From assembly GCF_963921235.1 (NCBI RefSeq), contig NC_086097.1, positions 188,606,001-188,670,000 of the forward strand: 64,000 nt of DNA, read 5' to 3'. Shown here in pieces: positions 27,486 to 42,857 of the stretch. The number at the start of each line of letters is the position of its first letter. The first letter of the stretch is position 1. Below the pieces are notes generated by a model. That model did no database searches. It saw only the letters and a program-made list of their open reading frames with translations, and was not told where the DNA came from. Source of the DNA: Mobula hypostoma (taxonomy: Eukaryota). The position numbers and the translations under genes are program-made.

Positions 27486-29359
27486 AACACACATCAAAGT
27501 TGCTGGTGAACGCAGCAGACCAGGAAGCATCTCTAGGAAGAGGTACAGTCGACATCTTGGGCCGAGACCCTTCGTCAGGACTAACTGAAAGAGCTAGTAA
27601 GAGATTTGAAAGTGGGAGGGGGAGGGGGAGATCCAAAATGATAGGAGAAGACAGGAGGGGGAGGGATGGAGCCAAGAGCTGGACAGTTGATTAACAAAAG
27701 GGATATGAGAGGATCATGGGACAGGAGGCCTAGGGAGAAAGAAGAGGTGGGGGGGGGAACCCAGAGGATGGGCAAGGGGTATAGTGAGAGGCACAGAGGG
27801 TGAAAAAGGAGAGAGAAAAAGAATGTGTGTATATAAATAAATAACAGATGGGGTACGAGGGGGAGGTGGGGCATTAGCGGAAGTTAGAGAAGTCAATGTT
27901 CATGCCATCAAGTTGGAGGCTACCCAGACGGAATATAAGGTGTTGTTCCTCCAACCTGAGTGTGGCTTCATTTGTACAGTAGAGGAGGCCGTGGACAGAC
28001 ACATCAGAATGGGAATGGGATGGGGAATTAAAATGTGTGGCCACTGGGAGATCCTGCTTTCTTTGGCGGACAGAGTGTAGGTGTTCAGCAGAACGATCTC
28101 CCAGTCTGCGTCGGGTCTCGCCAATATATAGAAGGCCACATCGGGTGCACCGGACGCAGTATATCACCCCAGCCGACTCACAGGTGAAGTGTCGCCTCAC
28201 CTGGAAGGACTGTTTGGGGCCCTGAATGGTGGTAAGGGAGGAAGTTTAAGGGCATGTGTAGCACATGTTCTGCTTACAAGGATAAGTGCCAAGAGGGAGA
28301 TCGGTGGGGAGGGATGGGATGGACAAATGGACAAGGGAGTCACGTAGGGAGCGATCCCTGCGGAAAGCAGACGGGGGGAGGGGGGAGGGGGGAGGGAATG
28401 ATGTGCTTAGTGGTGGGATCCCGTTGGAGGTGGTGGAAGTTACGGAGAATAATATGTTGGACCCGGAGGCTGGTGGGGTGGTAGGTGAGGACAAGGGGAA
28501 CCCTATTCCTAGTGGGGTGGCGGGAAGATGGAGTGACAGCAGATATGCCTGAAATGGGGGAGGTACATTTGACAGCAGAGTTGATGGTGGTGGAAGGGAA
28601 GCCCTTTTCTTTAAAAAAGGAGGACATCTCCCTCGTCCTGGAATGAAAAGCCTCATCCTGAGAGCAGATGCGGCGGAGATGGATGAATTGCGAGAAGGGG
28701 ATGGCATTTTTGCAAGAGACAGGGTGAGAAGAGGAATCGTCCAGATAGCTGTGAGAGTCAGTAGGTTTATAGCAGACATCAGTAGATAAGCTGTCTCCAG
28801 AGATAGAGACAGAAAGATCTAGAAAGGGGAGGGAGGTGTCAGAAATGGACCAGGTAAACTTGAGGGCAGGGTGAAAGTTGGAGGCAAAGTTAATGAAGTC
28901 AACGAGCTCAGCATGCGTGCAGGAAGCAGCACCAATGCAGTCGTCAATGTAGCGAAGGAAAAGTAGGGGACAGATACCACTATAGGTTTGGAACATGGAT
29001 TGCTCCACAAAGCCAACAAAAAGGCAGGCACAGCTAGGCCCCATACGGGTGCCCATAGCTACACCTTTAGTTTGGAGGAAGTGGGAGGAGCCAAAGGAGA
29101 AATTATTAAGAGTAAGGACTGATTCCGCTAGACAGAGCAAAGTGGTGATAGAGGGGAACTGGTTAGGTCTGGAATCCAAAAAGCAGAGAGCTTTGAGACC
29201 TTCCTGATGGGGGATGGAAGTATATAGGGACTGGATATCCATGGTGAAAATAAAGTGGTGGGGGCCAGGGAACTTAAAATCATCGAAAAGTTTAAGAGCG
29301 TGAGAAGTGTCACGAACATAGGTAGGGAGGGATTGAACAAGGGGGGATAAAACCGTGTC
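27486..29359 (-). mobile_element. 5'-truncated Penelope-like retroelement: RT, GIY-YIG endonuclease, terminal repeat with mutated hammerhead (27546-27583)
   Basis: ORF 28340..29407 (MDIQSLYT, GVAMG, RYIDD); ORF 27874..28200 (VIYC...YIGET); possible TSD tcacaaa(a)ggta at 27475-27486 and 29370-29380. Confidence 0.92.
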
Positions 29360-30439
29360 AACTTTTCGGTCACAAAGGTAGGCTGTTAAACTTGAATAAC
29401 TTTCCACCCAACAAACATGATTGAATTTTTGGAAGAGTTGATTAAAGTGAGGACTGCCTGTAGATGTTATTTATATGGACTTCCAAAGGCATTTGATACA
29501 GGCTTTTTGATTGTAGCCAAGGTGGAATTTCGAACAATTTACGGCAGTGATGAGATTAGAAAACCAGTTGAATATAAGCAGATAAAGGATAAAGTTAGCA
29601 GGCAGAAGGTGGTTATCTTGCAAATGTCTGTTTGAAACCCAATTTCTTTATCAGTTATTTGCAGATGATGGGAGTAGAAAGCTACACATCCACATTTGTT
29701 GATGACATAATATTGGGCAAAATAAGACAAAATTAATATAAAATATTATAAACAGATGAATAAAAATTTTGCATAAATATTACAATGTAAACAAATACAA
29801 GGTCATCCATTTTGCACATGGAGAGGTTAGAATTAACTATTTTCTAAATAATGAACCACCAAAAATAACGTAATTCAAAAGAAGTTTGGGGAGATAATTA
29901 TTCTACACAAAAACGGCCAATCATCCGAACTGAGGAAGGGCGTTGGAAGTTATACTTTGACCTTTTAAAACGCTGGTTAGATCACTTCTAATGCATTCCC
30001 AGCATTCCTGGGTGATCTGCTCTCAGCTCAGCGTGGACTTATCAGAGTAACATTGACATTCTTAAGTGTTGAAACAGAAAGGGAGTTTCCCCAACTATGG
30101 TTTGGAATTCACTGTTATTTACAACATAAAGAGAGAATATGATCATTGTTGTCATGGGGAACTGATGAACAGGCAAAAATAATACTTGCTGGTTTGGAAG
30201 TCTAAGATTAGGGAGCAAAGTTGGAAGAAAAAATGCCAGGCAATTTAGGAGTAAACAAATTAGGAAACATATTTACATACAAAGGTTGGCAGAAATTTTT
30301 AATTTAAAATTTTAGCTTTAAACTGAAGATTTGTTTACCAAAGGTATAGAAGAAAAATGGGAATTAGGTATGCAGATTGTTTACTGTTCCAGATTGCAGC
30401 ATTCGGAGTCTCTTCTGTCTGCATTGTGTAAAAGAGTTG

Positions 30440-31005
30440 GACGTCATACTATAGTTGTACACATTAGTCAGGCCATACATTAAGTATTATGTACAGTTTT
30501 GGTTGCCACACTACACAAAGGATATGGTACCCTCAAAGGAGTGCAGAAGAGATTTACCAAAATGTAGTCTGGAATGAAGAGCTGCAATTATAAAGACAGA
30601 TTTGATAGGCTGGGTTTATTCTCACTGGAATGTAGGAGGCTGAGGCGTGACCTTATAGAGGTTTATAAAATTATGGTGGTCATGGATAAGGTGAATGGTC
30701 ACAGTCTTTTTCCCAAGGATAGGGAAGTCTAAAACCAGAGAACATAGATTTATGGTGAGAGGGGAAAGATTTAAAGGGTCCTGGGGGGCAAGTTTTTGTC
30801 AGAGGGTGTGGCTATCTGGAATGAGCTGTCTAGAGAAAGTGGCAGAGGCAGATTGATAGGCATTTGGATAGGTACTTGGATACAAAAAGCGTAGAAGCAT
30901 AAGGGGCTAACGCTGGTAAATGGGATTAGCATAGAAAGGCATTACAATCAGCACAGGTTGGGCTGAAGGGCCTGTTTCCTTGTTATATAAATCTATGACT
31001 CTAAT
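30440..31005 (+). mobile_element. Degenerate CR1 3' fragment
   Basis: Recognisable CR1 RT C-terminal DNA (cagttttggttgccacac, gtgcagaagagattt) and 3' UTR (gggctgaagggcctgttt). Confidence 0.7.
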
Positions 31006-32601
31006 TATGTTGTAGAACAGGAACAAAAAGACTAATGGCCAATATCTATACATCAGAGGAAAAGTAAAAAGACAAGATTGCAACGAGGCAAAAGTAAGTT
31101 CATAAAACCTTCCGAATTTGAAATGCCAGAAGTTAGACAACACCTTAAAAACCTTGAGGAGATCTTAGTTGAACATGTAAGGTTGATGGACAATCTATGT
31201 TTAACAAAGTAAACCTCATGAAATATATTTTGTCAATATTTAATTTATGCTACTGAGAACAATATGTTGTAGCTACAAGTTAGTGAGAGTAGGATAAAAT
31301 GAATACCAGATGGCTGCATATGCCAAAATTTTACAATATAGTTACTAGACATTAATTCAGCCTATTGAAGATGGGTTCTGCTAACTTCTCAAATAATAAA
31401 ATTAATTCTTTGGGTATATTAAGCAACCCACAACTGAACATTGCTACCCTGTAATCAATGGATTTTAGCTCTAGTAAGTTAATGATAACTAAATGCCTAA
31501 AATAAGTTGTGCCCTGTTAATCAATAGCTTTTAGTCTAATGTCAACTGTAACCTCTAAAGTTAACCTGATAGAAATATTGGTTAACTAAAAGATTCAAGA
31601 TTGTTTAAAGTCATTTCCCGTATACAAATGTACTGGAGAATAAAATAATCGCTACTCTGGATCAAATGCAGCACAAAAAAAAACAAAGTAAAGGACACAA
31701 TAATAAAAAAGCACAATAGACATAAATACATAAGACAGCTTATATACATAGATTGATTGCATATGCATAAAGTGATCCTAAGTATAGGAGTGTGTGTACA
31801 TACGGTGGCTTTGGCAGGAAATGATAAAGTAGTGGTGGATGGTTAAGACATGAAAACATTGCAAATGCTTTCTGGAAAACAAATAGAAATGGAAATTGCT
31901 GTTAACTGCACCATCTGTGAGTTAATGGCTGCTAATTGAATGTATTGGGGCACATCGTTGTGAGAAAAGCATTGTTTCACAAGTTCTAACCTACTCCATG
32001 AAGTCACACGTCTGATTTAAATAATAATTCTTTCTGTTGTCTACCTTTATCTTTAGCAAAAGAAACAGTTATATTGTTCGGTTTCTTAGCTATGAAAGCA
32101 AATATTTGGTCCAATTTATCCCATAATTGCAGACAAAACAAAACCAAACTCTTATGTAGGATAGGCTTAGGTATATGCATATCATATTACCAGAAATCAG
32201 AAACAGATTTATTATTTACAACATGCCAAGATGCTGGAATACAGTAAAATATACAATTGAATCTAGTAAAGCACGATTATTGTGTGATGATGGAGATTTT
32301 AAAATTATGATTTAAAAGCCTTATTAATGAAGTGAAAATCTGTATTTAGTTAGATAGATATACTTTATTAATCCTGAGGGAAATTTGGTTTTGTTACAGC
32401 CGCCCCAACCAAGAATAGAGCCTAAATATAGCAATACAAAAAACAACCCCAACAATCAAACACCAAAATGCAAACTATGCCAGATGGAAAATTTGAGATT
32501 TCAAATCTAGGACATCCTCTTCTTAAATAATATACAGGCAATTCATTACATTAGCAAGCTTGAACTAGATGTCTAATTGATTTTAGGAATTTTATGATTC
32601 A

Positions 32602-32730
<129 letters not shown>

Positions 32731-34294
32731 TTAATTTCTGTATGAGTGGTATGAGTCTCCGTGTCAACAAACAATCCCACAATGGTAATTAAATCAGAAT
32801 TTAATTCAAACATTAGTCAGATTCCAAACAGATCAGAAGTTCAGAGTGAAGAAGGTCAGAAACCTCTTTGGCAAATTAGTGGTGAAAGTCAGAGCAAGAT
32901 ATCCTGACAATTCCATGCAGGTTTTCTCAATTTCATTATAAAATCACCTCTGATCTGGGCCAATATTTACATGCCGGGTGGCACCTAATTAATTAGCTTG
33001 TTTATTTCGGCTTTTTTCTTAAAGATGTGCCGGGTGCATTCCAGCTACCGCTGCACTGCTGCATTCTTCATGGCAATGTATCGGTCCATGACCACTGTTC
33101 TAGGTAGTTCTAAATTTTTTTTTGAATATTAGGTACAGTCTAGGTTAAATAAACTTCTAATACTTTAGTAATTATTTTCCAATATTTATTTCACTTCTTT
33201 CTTTTATTAAGGTCCCAAAATGGATTTTATTTTCCTGTGTAGACTTTCATTTTGGAATTTGTTCAATAAACCTGGCATTAACCAAGAAATTACAAAAGAT
33301 ATTCTTGATGTGTACTGAAATGAAAGAATTTGCTTTCCTAAAAGGTAGGAGTTTATTTGTATTAGTTCTTGTACCCCTTATAGACAGTTTGCTCAGACCT
33401 CAGTCTATCTAAAGGGATAAAAAAAGTTATAGTGTTTACAACAATTTATTTAATTCAATTGCTAGAAATGTATTATAAATTTAAAGAGATTTGATAGAAT
33501 GGTTCAATATGGACATAAAGGAGTAACACAATGGAGCAACTGCCTTGCAGTTCCAGAGACCCAGATTCTACCCTGGTCTCCAGTGCTGCCCTTGTGGAGT
33601 TTGTGCCTTCTCCCTCACCTGTTTGGGTTTTTGTTCCAGATTCTTCAATTTTCCAAAGGCACGCAAGTTTGGAGATTAATTGACCACTATATGTTAAGTG
33701 GAAAACCCTTTGGAGAATAGGTTACAGAGGAAAACGTGAAAGGATAGAATTGCCCTTTGAGCCAATATAGGATCGATGCTGCAAACATCCCCTTCCATGC
33801 CATAAGGTAATATGGAAATAAAATTGTCTCAGGGACAGAAATAAATGCTATATTTTGTTGGAAGAATAATAAATGGCAAAATAAACTGAATTGTACAATA
33901 TAAAAGAGTACAAAAAGAGATAATGCGTCTGTGCAAAAGAACTGGTTAAGTTTGTTAAGAAAATTAGCGTAAGCAGCCTTTCATCATTATTCAAAGCCAT
34001 AAAGAAGGAAATTATGTTTAAATGTTTAACACCGATTATGTCCCAGATGAAGAGATTGCAAGAGTGATTCAGCAAAACAGCTCAGGGCTGGGGGATTTCT
34101 GTTATGTGGAATGACAAGAGATGCCATGGTTCTCATCCTCAGAACAGATAAAACCAGTAGGAGGTTCAACAATTCAACAACATTCAAAATCATGGAAGTA
34201 CTTTGATAGCAAAAAAGGAGCAAAACTATTTCCAGTGGCAAAAATGGAACAAGTAAAAGGAATGAATTAATTAGAAAAAGAACCAGTGGCAGCA

Positions 34295-37110
34295 TAGAGC
34301 CATAGAAAAGTACAGCACAGAAACAGGCCCTTCAGCCCATCTAGTCTGTGCCAAACCAAGCTGCCTAGTCCCATCGACCTGAACACAGACCATTGTCCTC
34401 CATTCCGCTCCCATCTGTATACCTATCCAAACTTCTCTTGAACATTGAAATCAAACTCTCATGCACCACTTGCAGTGGCAGCTCATTCCACACTCTCACA
34501 AACCTCTTGAGTGAAATAGCTTCCCCTCACGTTCTTGTAACCTATGACCTGTAACTGTAGTCCCACTCAACCTCACAAGAAAACGGCTTACATTTACCAG
34601 ATCTATACCCGGCATAATTTTGTATACCTCTGTCAAAACTCTCCTCAATCCTCTATGTTCCAAGGAATAAAGACCTAACCTATTCAATCTTTCCCTATAA
34701 CTCAGGTCCTCCAGTCCTAGCAACATCCTTATAAATTTTCTCAGGACTCATTCAACCTTATTTACATCTTTCCTGTAGGTAGGTGACCAAAACTGCACAC
34801 AATACTCCAAATTCGGCATCACCAACATCTTATACAATTCAACATAACATCCCATCTCCTGTACTCAATACTTGGATATATGAAGGTCAAAGTGCCAAAA
34901 CTTTTCTTTATGACCTATCTACCTGTAGCGCACTTTATGGACCTGTATTCCCAAATCCTTTTGTTCTACTGCACTCTCCAGTGCCCTACCATTCACTGTG
35001 GTACCTGGTTGGTCCTACCAAAGTATAAAGTGTCACAACTGCCTGCATTAAATTCCATCTGCCATTTTTCAATTGGTCCAGATCCCGCTACAAGCTCTAA
35101 TAGCCTTCCTCACTGTCCACTACACCCCCAATCCTGGTGTCATCTGCAAATCTGCTGATCCAGTTAGCCACAGAATCATCAAGATCATTGATAGAGATGA
35201 CAAACAACAAAGGAAGGACCCAGGACCGATCCCTGTGGCACACCACTAGTCACAGACCTCCAGTCAGGGAGGGAACCATCTACTACCACTCTCTAGCTTC
35301 TCTCACAAAATCAATGTCAAATGCCAAGAGATTGAGCCTTCTTGACCAACTTCCCCTGTGGGACCTTGTTAAGTGTCAAATGTTGTCCATGTGGACAACA
35401 TCCACTGCCTTGCCATCATCAACTTTCCTGATAACTTCCTCGAAAAACTCTATTATTTGGTTAGACACGGCCTACCATGCACAAAGCCATGCTGACTATC
35501 TCTAATCAGTCCATGTCTATCCAAATACTTGCATATCTGGTCCCTTAGAATACCTTCCAATAATTTTCCCACAGCTGATGACAGACTCACGGGCTTTTAA
35601 TTTCCTGGTTTTTGTTTACAGCCTTTTTGAAACAGCAGACCAACATTGGCTATCCGCTAATCCTCTAGTACCTCTCCTGTCGCTAATGATGTTTTAAATA
35701 TCCTTGCTAGGGTCCCGGCAATTTCTGCACTTGTCTCCCATTGGGTCCGAGGGAACATCTCGTCAGGCTCTAAGGATTTATCCACCCTGATTTGCCTCAG
35801 GGTAGCAAACACCTCCTCCTCTTTAATTTGTGCATAAGGTTGACGCCGCTTTGCCTGACTTCTATTGACTATGTCCATCTCCCAAGAAAATAAAGGTGCA
35901 AAAAATCCATTTAAGATCTCCACCACTTTTCGCTCCATACATAATTACCATTCTGCTCTTCCTGAGGACCAATTTTGTCCCTTGCAATCCTTTTGCTCTT
36001 AACACATCTGCAGAACCCTTTAGGATTCTCCTTCACCTTGTCTGCTAGGGCAACCTCATACCTTTTTTTTAGCCCTCCTGATTTCTTTAAGTGTTCTCTT
36101 GCATTTCTTATACCTCAAATACCTAATTTGTTCCTACCTGCTATGAACCTCTTATTTCTTAACCAGGGCCTCAATATCTCTTGAAAACCAAGATTCCCTA
36201 AACCTCTTATCTTTACATTTTATTCTGACAGGAACATGCAAACTTTGTACTCTCAAAATATTACTTTTGAAGTCCTCCCATTTACCAAGTGCACCTTTGC
36301 CAATAAACAGCCTGGCCCAATACACACTTGCCAGATCTTTTCTAATACCATCAGAGTTGCCCTTTCTCCAATTTAGAATCTTAACTTGCAGACAAGATCT
36401 ATCTGTTTCCACATTTATTTTGAAACTAACCCCATTATGATCACTAGATGCAAAGTGTTCCCCTGCACAAACTTCTGTCACCTGCCCTGTCTCATTCTCT
36501 TTTAGGCGATCAAGTATCACACACTCTCTCATTGGGACTTTTACGTACTGACTAAGAAAACGTTCCTGAACACATTTGACAAACTCTATCCCTTCTCGTA
36601 ATCTTACAGTATAAGAGTCCCAGTCAAAATTTGGAAAGGTAAAATCTATAACAACCTCACACTTCTTGCAACAGCCTGCGATCTCTCCACAGATTTGGTC
36701 TAAATCCCCTGGACTGTTGGTGGTCTGTAATACAGGCACTTTCTTATTTATCTGTTCCACCCATAACACCTCCCTTGACAAGTTTTCCAGTCTGTCCTGA
36801 CTGAGCGCTGCTATGACATTTCCCTGACTAGTAACGCCAGTCCTCCTCCTTTAATTTCTCCCGCTCTGTTGCTTCTAAAACAACGAAAACCTGGAATATT
36901 GAGCTGCCAGTCCTGCCCTTCCTCCAATCAAGTCTCACTAATGGCTACAATATCATACTTGCCTGTGTTGATCCAGGCCCTAAGCTCATCGGTGTTTCCT
37001 AAGATTTTCTTCCATTGAAATATACACAGCTCAGGACACTAGTCACACTATGTCCAACCTTTTGATTCCTGACTTTGTCTGTGGTCTTAATAACATCTGG
37101 CTCTACAATG
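34295..37110 (-). mobile_element. Older CR1 LINE, decayed ORF2 (endonuclease + RT)
   Basis: ORF fragments 36152..36781 (SDHN), 35657..35938 and 34496..34726; CR1-type 3' end near 34300. Confidence 0.85.
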
Positions 37111-37305
37111 CTTGAAAGCATAATGAAAACATTCAACAATAACTTTCAAAAGGGAACTGCAAGGGAACCTGGAGGAATAAAAGAATAAACGCATGGGTCA
37201 ATAGTTATTATTTTATGATTCTAATGGTCCTAGATTTAAAATATTTCCATTAAAATCATATATTACACAACTAAGATGACTAATTTATTCCTAGTATTCA
37301 AATTA

Positions 37306-37590
<285 letters not shown>

Positions 37591-39499
37591 TTAATCAATG
37601 TAAACCACAAACTAAAAACAGCGTGTGAATTCTGATGAAAGCAAGTGCAGGAAATGAATAGCAATGTCTAGAAGAGAACAGAGAAGCCTAAGACCATGAG
37701 ACAAAGGAGCATAATCCGGCCATTTGGCCCTTCAAGTCTGCTCTGCCATCCCATCATGACTGATTTATTATCCCTCTCAACCCCATTCTCTTGCCTTTTT
37801 CTTCTGACCTTTGACACCCTGACTAATCAAGAACCTATCAACCACCACCGTAAATACACTTAATGACTTGACCTGAAAGGGGCATGAAGAAGAGTCTCCT
37901 CCCAAAACATCAACTGTTTGTTAATTTCCATAGATGCTGCCTGACCTGCTGAGCTCCTCCAGCATTTTGTGTGTGCTGGTAGATTCTCTCACTGTAGGAA
38001 ACATCCTCTCTAAATCCACTCTATAGGGCTTTCAATATTTGATAGGTTTCAGTGAGATCTCCCTATTCTTCTAAACTCCAGGGAATACAGGTGCAGAGCC
38101 ATCAAACACTCCTATACATTTACTCATTCACTGCCAGAATCATTCTCATGTACAAACTCTGAAACTTCTCCACTGCCAGCACATCCCTTCTTAGGGAAGG
38201 GGCACAAAACTGCTTACAATACTCGCAATGGGGTCTGACAAATGCCTTATAAAGCTTAATGACAAACAAAAGAAAATTTGCAGATGCTGGAAATCCAAGC
38301 AACACACATAAAATATTGGAGGGACTCAGCAGGCCAGGCAGCATCTATGGAAAAGAGTACTTTTGACGTTTTGGGCTGAGACCCTTCATCAGGGCCAGTC
38401 CTAATGTCCTGGAACCACACTTCTTCAAGGACAAGTATGCAGCAATTCCTCACCTTATGCTGGGTCAGCCACAGATGAAAGCAATCATGCTTGTTTTCCA
38501 ATAAATAAACACTGGAGAGCAGCACTGACGGGAAGAGCTGACCTGCAGGGCCAGCCCCAACCCAACAGGAATTCCAGCATATCGCTGCACCTCTGTTCTC
38601 TCCCACACCACCTCCAGCACCTCCTCCTCTGGGTGATTATAACATGTGATGTCTTCAGACGAGGGCCTGATCCATGCAACAACCAAGGGCACACGGTTGC
38701 TCCACCGCCAGTCTTGCCAATTAACCAATAAACCAGACTTGCAGTATTTTATATTACCAACATCCAACAAGGTCTTGTTATCACAAGACACACACCCAAG
38801 ATACATATTTGCACCATTTGTTGGACCCAGAGAGGCTGCTGCAACCAAGCACGCGCCAAGTTAGCACTAGCTACCCTTCCACTTACCTTCATATAGTCCA
38901 CAAACTTGCCATCAATTCCGTCATCCAAATCATTGACACATAATGTGAAAAGAAGCAGTCCCAACACCAAACCCTGTGGAACACCATTAGTTACCAGCAG
39001 CCAAGCAGAAAAGGCTCCCATTTTTGTCTCCTATCGGTCAGCCTTCTATCCATATGCTGGTATCTTTCCTTCAGTACCATTGGCTCCTATCTTGTTTAGC
39101 AGCCTTATGTGCAGCATCATGTCAAAACCCTTCTGAAAATCCAGGTAAACAGCATCCACTGTCTCTCCTGCTTGTTATTTCCTCAAAGACTTGTAACAGA
39201 TTTGTCAGGCAAGATTTCCCCTGAAGGAAACCATGCCGACTTTGGCCTATTTATCATGTGCTTCCAAGCACCCCAAAACCTCATCCTTAATAATGGACTC
39301 CAACATCTTCCCAACCACTGAAGTCAGGCTAATTGGCCTATAATTTCCTTTCTTTAGCCTCACTCCCTCCTTCAATGTTCAAAATAAAATGTATTATCAG
39401 ATTGCATAAATACATGTCACCATACACAATCCTGAGATTCTTTTTCCTGTGGGCATACTGAGCAAATCTATAGAATAGCAGCAAGTAAACACCATGGCC

Positions 39500-40198
39500 C
39501 CAGACAGTCCTTCCAGGTGAGGCGACACTTCACCTGTGAGTCGGCTGGGGTGATATACTGCGTCCGGTGCTCCCGATGTGGCCTTCTATATATTGGCGAG
39601 ACCCGACGCAGACTGGGAGATCGTTTTGCTGAACACCTACGCTCTGTCCGCCAGAGAAAGCAGGATCTCCCAGTGGCCACACATTTTAATTCCACATCCC
39701 ATTCTGATACGTCTATCCACGGCCTCCTCTACTGTAAAAATGAAGCCACACTCACATTGGAGGAACAACACCTTATATTCTGTCTGGGTAGTCTCCAACC
39801 TGATGGCATGAACATTGACTTCTCTAACTTCCGCTAATGCCCCACCTCCCCCTCGTACCCCATCCGTTATTTATTTATATACACACATTCTTTCTCTCTC
39901 CTTTTTTTCCCCTCTGTCCCTCTGACTATACCCCTTGCCCATCCTCGGGGTTCCCCCCCCCCATCTCCCTGGGCCTCCTGTCCCATGATCCTCTCATATT
40001 CCTTTTGCCAATCACCTGTCCAGCTCTTGGCTCCATCCCTCCCACTCCTGTCTTCTCCTATCATTTTGGATCTCCCCCTCCCTCTCCCATTTTCAAACCT
40101 CTTACTAGCTCTTCCTTCAGTTAGTCCTGACGAAGGGTCTGGGCCCGAAATGTTGACTGTACCTCTTCCTGGAGATGCTGCCTGGCCTGCTGCGTTCA
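39500..40198 (+). mobile_element. Penelope-like 3' fragment (GIY-YIG ORF + terminal repeat)
   Basis: ORF 39517..39837; flanking direct repeat caagtaaacac(c/t)atggcc at 39482-39499 and 40199-40216. Confidence 0.9.
40122..40159 (+). ncRNA. Minimal hammerhead motif in the Penelope terminal repeat
   Basis: UAGUC-CUGACGA-A-GGGU(CUGG)GCCC-GAAA-UGUU-GACUG. Confidence 0.6.
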
Positions 40199-42857
40199 CA
40201 AGTAAACACTATGGCCTGGTTGGTGAGGATCTTTGATGATGAATGCTGCTTTTCTACGGCAACATTTCATGTAGATGTGCCCAATGGTTGGGAGGGCTTT
40301 ACCCATGATTATCTGGGTCGAATCCACTACCTTTTGTAAGATTTTCTGCTCAAAGGCATAGGTGTTCCCATAACAGGCTGTAATGCAACCAGTCAGCACA
40401 CTTACCACCGCACACCCGTAGAGGTTTGCCAAGGTTTTTGATGACATGCCTAAACTCCGCAGACTCCTGAGGAAGTAGAGGTTCTGTCATGTTTTCTTTG
40501 CTATTATATTTATATGATGGGTCCAAGACAGGTCCTCTGAGATAGTGACACCCAGGAACTTAATGTTACTGGCTCTCTCCACCTCTGATCCTGCAATGAG
40601 TACTGGCTCATGGACCTCTGCTTTCACTCGCCTGGTATACAATCTTACTGACATTGAGTGAGAGGTTGTTGTTATTACAACACTCAGCCAAATTTTCAAT
40701 CTCCCTCCTGTATGCTGATTCATCACCACCTTTGATATGGCCTACAACAGCAAACTTGCTGGTATCAATAGCAAACTAGTATATGGTGTTGGAGCTGTAC
40801 TTAGCCACACAGTCATAGGTGTAAAGCGAGTAGAGCAAAAAGCTAAGCACACATCTCTATGGTGCTCCTCTGCTGATGGAGATTGTGGAGGAGATGTTTT
40901 TGTCAATCCAAACTGACTGGGGTCTGCAAGTGAGGAAATCCAGGATCCAGTTGTACAAGGGGGTATTGAGGTCCAGATCTTTCAGTTTACTGATAGTTTT
41001 GAGGGAATGATGGTATAAATTTTGAGCTGTAATCAATAAAGAGCATCCTGCTGTATGCATCTTTGCTGTACTAATGCTCCAGGGTTGTGTGAAGAGCCAA
41101 TGAGATGACATCCACTGTAGACCTGTTGTTTCAGTAGGCAAATTGGAATGGATTCAAGTTGCCACTCAGCCAAGAACTGATGTGCTTCAGCACCAGCCTC
41201 TCAAAACGTTTCATCACTGTGGATGTACGTGACACTGGGCGATAGTCATTGAGGCAGGTTACACACTCTTCTTGGGCACTGGTATGATTGAAGCCTCCTT
41301 GAAGCAGGTGGGTACCAAACACGGCAGAGCATGAGGTTCAATACAACACCCCAGCCAGCTGGTCAGCACAGGTCTTCAGTACTCGGCCAGGTACTCCCTC
41401 TGGACCAGATGGTTCCCTTGGGTTCACTCTCTTGAAGGCAGCCCGCACGTCATCTTCAGATACTGAGACTAAAGTATCATCGGGAGACATGGGGGTACAT
41501 GATGGTTCCTCCCTGATCTGGTGGTCAAAGCGAGCATTAAAGAGTGTAGTGACATTTGCAAATTTCCAGTCCTCCAGAACCCTTCCAGAATCTCGTGATT
41601 CTCAAAATATCACTACTAATGCCTCCACAATCTCTTCAGCTACTCTTTCAAAATCCTGGTGTGCAATTTATATGGTTCAGTGACCTATTGACCTTCAGAA
41701 TTTGTGGCTTCAAGCATCTTCTTTTTAGTAATAGCAACTACACTCACTTCTGCCCCGACTCTTGAATTTTTGGCATACTGTTAGTGTCTTCCACAGTGAA
41801 GACTGATGCAAAATACTTATTATGTTCATCTACCATTTCTTTGTTCCATTACTAACTCTACAAACCATTTTCCACTGGTACTATATTTACTCTCTCCTCT
41901 CTTTTTACTCCTTATATATCTGAAAAATCTTTTAGGATTCTCTCTTATAATATTAGTTAGCTTACATCTATTTCATCTTTTACCTTTCATATTTTCTCCC
42001 CTTATGGCTTTTTAAATTGCATTCTGTTGGTTTTTAAAAGCTTCCAAAACCACTAGCTTCCTACTAATTTCTGCTATATTATATGTCATTTCTTTTCCTT
42101 TTATGCTGTCTTTGACTTCCCTTGTCACAGTTGCCTCATACCCCCTTCAGAATCATTCTTCGAGTTGTATCTATCCTGCACCTTCTAAATAGCTCGCAGA
42201 AACTCCAGCCATTGCTGTTCTACCATCATCATCGCTAGTGACCCCTTCCAATCAACTATGGCCAGTTCCTCTCTCATGTCACTGTAATTCCCTTTAGTTT
42301 ACTGTCATGAATAATAAAATGTTCGAAGGCTGGATTATGCAGAGACAGTCATTACTTTCTGCTTATTTTCTGTGCATATTCACATGGGAAATTACTCCCC
42401 AATTTTGTTTGCTACGAACCCAGTTTCATCTGTGTTAGAAAATGTTCTGTGATTAACCAACCATTCATTGTATGTCAATGAACTGGACTGCAAATCAGGA
42501 GACAAGATTTCAAATCTCACCTGGCAGCTGGGAAATTTGAAATTGGGTAATTACTTTACAATTGAATTAAAAATATATGATCTGTAATGGTGACTAGGAT
42601 AGTAGTAAACCTTGCGAGGGACATGCTACTTTTCTACACCTGGCCTCTGTATGACTTCAGGATGACCTGCGAAATAGACTAGCAAGTCATTAAGTTCAGG
42701 TTCAATAATGAATAAGCATTAAATTCTGATTTAATCAGCAAACCTCCTTGTCTAGGGTTATTGAATTCTTGTGATGACAGTCATTAAACTTTAATCAGTA
42801 TAAACATGTTCGGATGACAATTACTAAGCAAGTTCTGATGTACAGAACAAATTAGCA

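Larger units (their letters stand above)
37688..42305 (-). mobile_element. Older CR1 hosting nested insertions: Penelope-repeat fragments (~37885-37978, ~38262-38394) and a Rex1-like LINE (~39376-41536)
   Basis: CR1 RT motifs (GVPQG at ~38975) resume after 41537; the Rex1-like segment shows CLNDYRPV and [11 protein letters not shown] motifs. Confidence 0.75.

Noticed and set aside
29357..29369. gtcaacttttcgg resembles the hammerhead segment gtcgacgtttcgg at the Penelope 5' junction
   Set aside because: Only 13 nt with mismatches; could be chance
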